A DNA stretch of 64,000 nucleotides from a virus. How positions within the stretch are numbered: position 1 is the first letter of the stretch; the number at the start of each line of letters is the position of its first letter. This document shows positions 58,596 through 64,000 of this stretch, piece after piece. Where the stretch lies: positions 64,001 to 128,000 of the IMG/VR virus record IMGVR_UViG_3300032285_001268. One strand, 5' to 3'. The notes below the pieces were generated by a model. The model saw only the letters and a program-made list of their open reading frames with translations. It did no database searches and was not told where the DNA came from. A program made the position numbers and the translations under genes.

Positions 58596-60788
58596 TTAGC
58601 CTAATCTATTACCGCCGGATTGAACAGCTGACGCTAGTTTTTCACTATAGCTGGCTGTTTGTTCCATCCAATGAACAGCCATGCTCATAGTCTTATTTAA
58701 CATAGTTATACCCTCACTCATATCTTTTTGTAGATTAGTTTCGTCTACAGAAGATGAAGTTGTCTGCGGTTTTGGCTGTTCAAATACCGTTGGCTGTTGT
58801 GGAATTTCTTGTCTAATATCTGCACCATTTGGAGGATTAAAGTCAATAGATGGAGGCATAAAGTTAGGCATTGACCTGCCCATTGTTTCAAGATTACCAA
58901 ACATCTGTTGGAACGGTCCGAACATAGTCTTAATGTCTGGTAACTCTGTACCAGCATTAAATTTAGGAAATGTCTTAAACTGCTTTTCAAGTTCTGGTGC
59001 TATTCTATCAACATTTCCTGCAAAGTCATTGCCAAAGTTAGACATCTGGCCCATCATACGCTGTGTCTGTGGATTACCTATAATGTCTTTGAACATCTCT
59101 GGAAACTTGGCCAATTGATCTCTAACGAACTCGCCACGCTGTCCAAACGGAACCGTAGCTTCCGCTTCACCTGCTTTTTCGTTAACTTGAATAATACGAC
59201 CTTTAGGACCAGCAAACCAATCACCCCAGATAGCTTTAGAACCAAACTCTTCTCGTTCTGGCTGTCCCCATGTCTGCCCACCACCAGTTGGTGTATTGCT
59301 ACGTCCAGTCACGTTTGGAACCAACGATTGTATATTTGATGCAAGGCCTTGTGTTGTACGAATGCCTGTTAATGCTCTGTTAAACTTAGCTAGATTGCCG
59401 CCAGCAGATCCGACTTCATCATTCATTTTCTTTAATTCGTTAGCAGCCATAGATCCCATTAGCTTGCCCATACGATCTGCGCCACGGATCGCTTCTGCTA
59501 GTTCTGCTCCAGGTAAAGGTTTACCGTCTGGTCCCTTTCCTTGTGTGTCTCTTTCAACTTTTTTTCTTAAACTTAATTCTGCACTTTCAAAGCTAACACG
59601 ATCAGATGTTAGAGCTTGTAATCGTTTTTGTTCAGCTTCTACCGCTCTAGTATAAGTTACTACACCTGAATATACAGCTTTAACTTCAGCTTCATCGCTG
59701 TTGGCCACACGTTGCCTATACTGGCTATTGTTCATAGCCTTAGCCAGCTCAGTCCTATCCATCTCTAAGCGTCTTTGTGCTATTTCAATACGTTGTTGAT
59801 CACCGGCTTTTGATGCGGCTTCTAATTCTGCAAAAGAATTTTGCAGTCTGCTGACTACTGCTGTAGGTAATGCACCTGCTATTGCATTTGCGGCTTCACT
59901 GCGGATCGGTCCTGATGCTAGTTCTCCGATAAAGTTTGTTACAGCATCGCCCATAGTTGAAAATTTCTGAACAGCCGAAGTAGCTTGTCGCTGATATTCT
60001 TCGCCTTTTTCTGCAATACCTGCATCAACTTCTGCTTTGTCTAGAACACGCTTAGTAGCTTCCATTTGCGATTCTTTACTCTTACCAGTTATCTTAGCAA
60101 GCTCGTCCATTTGCAGGGCTAGTCCAGCGGCACTGGCTATCATTCTCTGCTTAGACTCAGCATCAACTTTTGAAAATCCTCTAGAGTTATAGTTGGCTAG
60201 TAGTGTAGCTTCTGCCATTTCTCTAGTACTAACACCTGCTTTACCTAGTTCAATACCGATGTCACTGTTGACTACTTGTTGTGTTATATCCAACCATGCC
60301 TTAGCTGATCGGTTAACACCACCTGCTAAACCAACAAGCGAGCTAGAATTGTATTTGATTAGTTGTTCAAACTCAGGAAGTGTCAGCTGTGCGCCTTTGA
60401 TTGCCTTGTTGGCTGCCCCTAGGTCATTACTAAAATTTAATCCTACAGCACTAGTACGTCGAAGCGTTTGATCAACATCACTGACAGCATCAATCATGTC
60501 TTTTATACCAAGACCTGCAAGTCGTCCAACCATGCCAAAATTATCAAGCGGCATTGCTAGTAATTTTGCAATATCAGCGGCACTGGCAGTGCCTTTGATA
60601 ATATTCATGCCGGCGCCTTCAACATTTTTTACAAAACTTTCAACACCCTTAAACAGGGAATCTAAAAAGTTACCACTGTAGGTTGCTGTATCGCTACTGC
60701 CACGTAATGTTGCGCCTCCTGGAGAGCCGTTGCGGCTTGCTCGCATTTCATCAATCAGCGCATCAATTTTTTGTTCTAGGCTGCTCAT
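58596..60788 (-). CDS. Tape measure-like protein (730 aa; gp29-like role)
   Basis: Long alanine-rich helical protein; GEAEATVPF motif like tape-measure GE.G.EAV+P; divergent from the gp26-like gene. Confidence 0.6.
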   Translation of the reverse strand: MSSLEQKIDALIDEMRASRNGSPGGATLRGSSDTATYSGNFLDSLFKGVESFVKNVEGAGMNIIKGTASAADIAKLLAMPLDNFGMVGRLAGLGIKDMIDAVSDVDQTLRRTSAVGLNFSNDLGAANKAIKGAQLTLPEFEQLIKYNSSSLVGLAGGVNRSAKAWLDITQQVVNSDIGIELGKAGVSTREMAEATLLANYNSRGFSKVDAESKQRMIASAAGLALQMDELAKITGKSKESQMEATKRVLDKAEVDAGIAEKGEEYQRQATSAVQKFSTMGDAVTNFIGELASGPIRSEAANAIAGALPTAVVSRLQNSFAELEAASKAGDQQRIEIAQRRLEMDRTELAKAMNNSQYRQRVANSDEAEVKAVYSGVVTYTRAVEAEQKRLQALTSDRVSFESAELSLRKKVERDTQGKGPDGKPLPGAELAEAIRGADRMGKLMGSMAANELKKMNDEVGSAGGNLAKFNRALTGIRTTQGLASNIQSLVPNVTGRSNTPTGGGQTWGQPEREEFGSKAIWGDWFAGPKGRIIQVNEKAGEAEATVPFGQRGEFVRDQLAKFPEMFKDIIGNPQTQRMMGQMSNFGNDFAGNVDRIAPELEKQFKTFPKFNAGTELPDIKTMFGPFQQMFGNLETMGRSMPNFMPPSIDFNPPNGADIRQEIPQQPTVFEQPKPQTTSSSVDETNLQKDMSEGITMLNKTMSMAVHWMEQTASYSEKLASAVQSGGNRLG

Positions 60789-60812
60789 TTATTTTTCCTG
60801 AAAAACTGCGTA

Positions 60813-60820
60813 TATAAATA
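60813..60820 (+). promoter_or_regulatory. Late promoter TATAAATA (gp26-like)
   Basis: Exact consensus; GAGGTG SD downstream. Confidence 0.78.
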
Positions 60821-60831
60821 CTGTTATATAA

Positions 60832-60838
60832 TATTTAT
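60832..60838 (-). promoter_or_regulatory. Late promoter ATAAATA (tape measure-portal operon)
   Basis: Consensus match; faces the plus-strand promoter. Confidence 0.68.
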
Positions 60839-60850
60839 CCGAGGTGTGAA

Positions 60851-61675
60851 ATGGCAGAAAATCCGTTAAAGCAGTATTTTAGGCAACCAAAAATCTACAT
60901 TAGTTTGCCCAGCAAAGGTGTATACAACAAGATTGGCAGTATCCAAGGTGATCCTACAAACTTGCCAGTATTTGGTATGACCGGCATGGACGAAATCATG
61001 ATGAAAACTCCAGATGCTCTAATGACAGGTGAAAGTACTGTAACAGTTATACAAAGCTGTTGTCCTAATATCAAAGACGCATGGGATGTTAATATTCTCG
61101 ATACTGATTTGATATTTGCGGCCATACGTATAGCTACCTATGGTAACACCATGCCCATGGCCAACACCTGTAGCAAATGCAGTGAAACTACAGAATTCGA
61201 TGTGGATTTGACCAAAATTATCGATCACTATTCATCACTGTCCTTTGACAATAAAATTGTACTAGACAATCTAGCCATCAATCTGCACCCGTTAAATTTT
61301 AAACAAAGTACAGAATACAGTCTTAGAAACTTTGAAGTACAAAAGAAGCTACAACAGTCATCTACACTATCTGAAGAAGAACAGAAAGAGTTGATCACAC
61401 AAATTTTCAAAGACATGGCCATAACACAGTTCAAGATGTTTTGCGACATCATTGAAAGTGTTGAAACTCCAACAGGTCTAGTCACTGAAAAAACATTCAT
61501 TGCTGAATGGTTGGAAAACTGCGAAGGCATAGTCTATGACAAGATCAAAGATCATTTTGATCAAAATAGAGAGCGTATGAAAATCCCAGGACAAACTGTA
61601 ACCTGTACAGCTTGTAAACATGAAGATGAAGTAGTTATTACGCTAGACCAAGCTGATTTTTTCGTCAACGCCTAA
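60851..61675 (+). CDS. gp26: Baseplate hub / tail assembly chaperone, T4 gp26-like
   Basis: LPSKG.Y, MT..DEI.., D..LI..AIR.A.YG, CxxC ... CxxC motifs. Confidence 0.8.
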   Translation: MAENPLKQYFRQPKIYISLPSKGVYNKIGSIQGDPTNLPVFGMTGMDEIMMKTPDALMTGESTVTVIQSCCPNIKDAWDVNILDTDLIFAAIRIATYGNTMPMANTCSKCSETTEFDVDLTKIIDHYSSLSFDNKIVLDNLAINLHPLNFKQSTEYSLRNFEVQKKLQQSSTLSEEEQKELITQIFKDMAITQFKMFCDIIESVETPTGLVTEKTFIAEWLENCEGIVYDKIKDHFDQNRERMKIPGQTVTCTACKHEDEVVITLDQADFFVNA

Positions 61676-61896
61676 TTAGATTAGACGCCTCGGGTATTGA
61701 AGAATATCTAGTTGGGCTTGATAAAGAAGTTAGAGAAATTAAAAAAGAATTAGTTCAGTTAAGTTGGTATATGCGAGGCGGTGTAACAGTAAATGATTTA
61801 CTGCATATCTACAGCTTTGACGATAGAGAAGCCATGTACGAAATTGTCAAAGGCAACTTTGAACTAACCAAAAACTCAGGAATGCCTTTAATTTGA
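61657..61896 (+). CDS. gp51-like ORF in the -1 frame, probably read as a frameshift extension of gp26
   Basis: Not in ORF track. Open frame from 61657 to TGA at 61894-61896 reading ...RLIRLDASGIEEYL...LSWYMRGGVT..D......DR..M.EI.K.N.E.TK.SG.PL; first ATG only at 61771; T TTT TTC at 61657-61663. Confidence 0.65.
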   Translation, partial: FFRQRLIRLDASGIEEYLVGLDKEVREIKKELVQLSWYMRGGVTVNDLLHIYSFDDREAMYEIVKGNFELTKNSGMPLI

Positions 61897-62721
61897 TCTG
61901 CTGATATTCCAAGGATTATCAGCTGTGGGATTGGCCCGTAATCCCGGAACTCCTAAACTGGTATTAGGCGAAGGCTGTGCTCCGCTACCTGATAGAGCAT
62001 TTCTTTCACTACCGCTGCCGGCATCTGCTGATCCTGGTTTACCAGCATTGGGATCTTTAGGATTGTACTTGTCCGGATCTATATCAAACTTATAGCCAGT
62101 GGCTTTGGTAATATAACTCTTAAGCTCATCCCATAGATTTAACACAGGTGTTGCTAGCCAGTCAGCGGCCAAGCCTGTGATAGAATCCTCAGCACCTACT
62201 GCTAAGATTGTGGCAAAGAACTTTTTACCACTAGGACTGTTTAACCACTGCATGACAGCGCCTTGGATAGCCATGTTGCCCGTGGTGATCAACTCACCAA
62301 ACTGGATCAGGCTGTTCCATTTTTTAAATTTACCAAACTCTCTACATACCCAAGCTAGTTTGCCAAACGGTATGCGCAGAGCCCATGTGGCTATTAGCAA
62401 GCCCACGCTGTATTCTAGTTTCCAAAATTCAGCTTGGCGATTCTTTTTAAACTGTTCTAGACTAATGTTCTTTTTATCTAATTCATCTTTCCAGTGCATG
62501 ACTGCATCGCTGTACTCAGAAATAGGACTAGTGAATTCATAACCGATAACCAACCACCATACACCATTGCGTAGAATAACAGAAGGTGCTTTGGCACCTT
62601 TTGAATTCCAAGCGGGTTTTTCTACAGGTGTTTCAGGGCCTGTGCTAGGTGTTTTTGTCTTAGGCGATTTAAACTTAAACCACTTGCCTTCGCTAACAGA
62701 GATGATATCATAGACTTTCAT
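61888..62721 (-). CDS. Hypothetical protein (277 aa), possible internal head / ejection protein
   Basis: Late promoter; MKVYDIISVSE N-terminus; two hydrophobic segments. Confidence 0.65.
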   Translation of the reverse strand: MKVYDIISVSEGKWFKFKSPKTKTPSTGPETPVEKPAWNSKGAKAPSVILRNGVWWLVIGYEFTSPISEYSDAVMHWKDELDKKNISLEQFKKNRQAEFWKLEYSVGLLIATWALRIPFGKLAWVCREFGKFKKWNSLIQFGELITTGNMAIQGAVMQWLNSPSGKKFFATILAVGAEDSITGLAADWLATPVLNLWDELKSYITKATGYKFDIDPDKYNPKDPNAGKPGSADAGSGSERNALSGSGAQPSPNTSLGVPGLRANPTADNPWNISRSN

Positions 62722-62726
62722 AATGA

Positions 62727-62733
62727 TATTTAT
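62727..62733 (-). promoter_or_regulatory. Late promoter ATAAATA (5 nt before ATG)
   Basis: Consensus match; no SD. Confidence 0.68.
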
Positions 62734-63201
62734 CTAGTGTTAAAAGAAGAACTTGCGTTCTTCTGTGTTTTCGCTTGCCGCTCAAACACATTTCTTTCTT
62801 TCTAATCTTTAAGAACTATCAAGTGCGAAGCACTTAGATATTATCTAGATTGTTCAGTCACACTTTGCCCAAGCAGGGCAAAATATGGACATTATCTGAG
62901 TTGAACATGTACACAGTAGCAATATGGCGTTGCAGAGGCGGTCATCCGGTACCTCGAGCCAAGTCTTTATATGACGGCAATTAGTGGGCATTCGCTACCA
63001 TGCACACTAATCCAGGGTTTTTCTCCCTTCTTTTAGCCTTGAAATTCGTTGCTTGCAGTTTAAACCGGTTATAGGCATATCCGATCCGCGTCCTGTTAAG
63101 GATAGTAAACTGGTACTCTGCGCCAAGCAGAGCTTCCGTACCGCCACACATCAGAGCGGATTTAGGGCACTTTAACTGCGCCAGTGCGGGCTTATTTGGC
63201 G
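62734..63201 (-). ncRNA. Candidate large structured ncRNA or structured DNA element (about 470 nt)
   Basis: Largest intergenic gap in the window; about 10 inverted repeats; no ORF of 60 aa or more. Confidence 0.5.
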
Positions 63202-63648
63202 TTATTTTGCCTTGTTTTCTTGAAGTTTCTTTATGTGTGAACCATGTACACGCACTTGAATATGACCGTTATAATAGTCATCAGATTCAAGAACGCGGCG
63301 TGCAAACTGCTCACGAGCCTCGATGTAACTGCATTCTGCCTTACTGGTGCAATAAAATAGTATTTCTCTACGGAAGTTTTCAGCGCCTGTTGCTTGGATG
63401 TCTCGGGTAAGTTCCGGGCTTGAACCATAGTATTCACGCCAGTCACTATCAATCTTTGACTTAATTTTCTTCTTTTTCTTTGTGCCGTTCTTTTGTTTAA
63501 CAACTCTGTAGGTAGTTTTGCTAAACTTTGCCAGTTTTTTGCCTATGTATTTGCGCTGATTGGTTGTGTTAGTGATGATATAAACGAAGCCTATACATTC
63601 TTCGGGTAAGGTTTCCACTAGTTGATTTTGATAGTACCAAGACATCAA
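63202..63648 (-). CDS. Stand-alone GIY-YIG (Seg-like) nuclease
   Basis: GFVYIIT..N.RKYIGKK, YYGSS, YIEAREQF, YYNG motifs; Lys-rich insert. Confidence 0.8.
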   Translation of the reverse strand: MMSWYYQNQLVETLPEECIGFVYIITNTTNQRKYIGKKLAKFSKTTYRVVKQKNGTKKKKKIKSKIDSDWREYYGSSPELTRDIQATGAENFRREILFYCTSKAECSYIEAREQFARRVLESDDYYNGHIQVRVHGSHIKKLQENKAK

Positions 63649-63663
63649 CTATGTAGCAGATCC

Positions 63664-63915
63664 CTAGTTCCCAGTGCCTTTCTTTTGAGCCTTTCTTTTT
63701 AGTTTACGTTCTAATAACTGTTGATCCTTGTCCCGCTGCCACAAGAGTATTTCTTTGCGGCGCTTGAGACACAGATGTTTTATTTCATTTAGGCAGTTGC
63801 GCACCCGTATGCTACTGGCCTTGCTGGCATCCGCCTGCCAAGTTTGATTTTCGTTAAAGTACTGACGGAATACACGCATGAGTTCCTGATGCAGTTCTTC
63901 ATCTTGCGGGTACAT
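63664..63915 (-). CDS. Small basic helical hypothetical protein (83 aa)
   Basis: TAATG coupling to the upstream gene. Confidence 0.7.
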   Translation of the reverse strand: MYPQDEELHQELMRVFRQYFNENQTWQADASKASSIRVRNCLNEIKHLCLKRRKEILLWQRDKDQQLLERKLKRKAQKKGTGN

Positions 63916-64000
63916 TAGTCAGTGATCTCCAAGTCTGTAGCATAGCTGGTAAAGCCATTTTCCTTGATAACCTTCAAGACATTGTTGACACGACCAATGA
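63915..64000 (-). CDS. gp46: 3' end of recombination exonuclease subunit (gp46 / Rad50-SbcC-like); partial
   Basis: Not in ORF track. Translates to IGRVNNVLKVIKENGFTSYATDLEITD*, like the segment after the H-loop of gp46; only 27 codons are visible. Confidence 0.55.
   Translation of the reverse strand, partial: IGRVNNVLKVIKENGFTSYATDLEITD

Noticed and set aside
62734-63201. Group I intron carrying the GIY-YIG as a homing endonuclease
   Set aside because: Only fragmentary likeness to P/Q/R/S elements, no convincing P7 pairing, and no interrupted host gene: flanking ORFs are complete and the downstream gene has its own promoter.
62734-63201. tRNA, tmRNA or CRISPR array in the large intergenic gap
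   Set aside because: No cloverleaf with T-loop GTTCRA and CCA end, no tmRNA termini, and no equal-length direct repeats with spacers.
1-64000. Stop-codon reassignment (alternative genetic code)
   Set aside because: Genes up to 11.9 kb are open in the standard code and conserved proteins end at expected positions; the only broken reading is explained by a -1 frameshift.

Overview
A 64 kb AT-rich segment of a large T4-like myophage (lytic, contractile tail), covering most of the virion morphogenesis region, mostly on the minus strand. Recognisable T4 homologues: gp4 head-completion nuclease, gp19 tube plus a second tube-fold protein, gp18 sheath, gp1 dNMP kinase, gp13/gp14 neck, gp15 tail terminator, gp20 portal, gp21 protease, gp22 scaffold, gp23 major capsid, a tape-measure-like protein, a gp26-like protein and the end of gp46. 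About 40 kb (11.6-52.5 kb) holds fibre/appendage genes, including paralogous giants of 3961 and 1974 aa, three Cys-rich paralogues and a GT9-like glycosyltransferase / carbamoyltransferase / GmhB-like cassette. T4-type late promoters ((TA)TAAATA) precede nearly every transcription unit, and several would give leaderless mRNAs. Most notable: (1) a nested 'Matryoshka' architecture in the 3961-aa protein, with 7 N-half motifs followed by 7 C-half motifs inserted in one propeller blade that is intact in the paralogue; (2) a T-TTT-TTC -1 slippery site that would join the gp26-like ORF to a downstream ORF lacking a suitable start, as in lambda G/GT; (3) a ~470-nt hairpin-dense noncoding region right after a stand-alone GIY-YIG nuclease; (4) two structured 5' leaders; (5) a GmhB homologue with its catalytic residues substituted. 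No tRNA, rRNA, CRISPR array, integrase, transposase or reverse transcriptase was seen. All family assignments come from motif recognition by eye; no database search was run.
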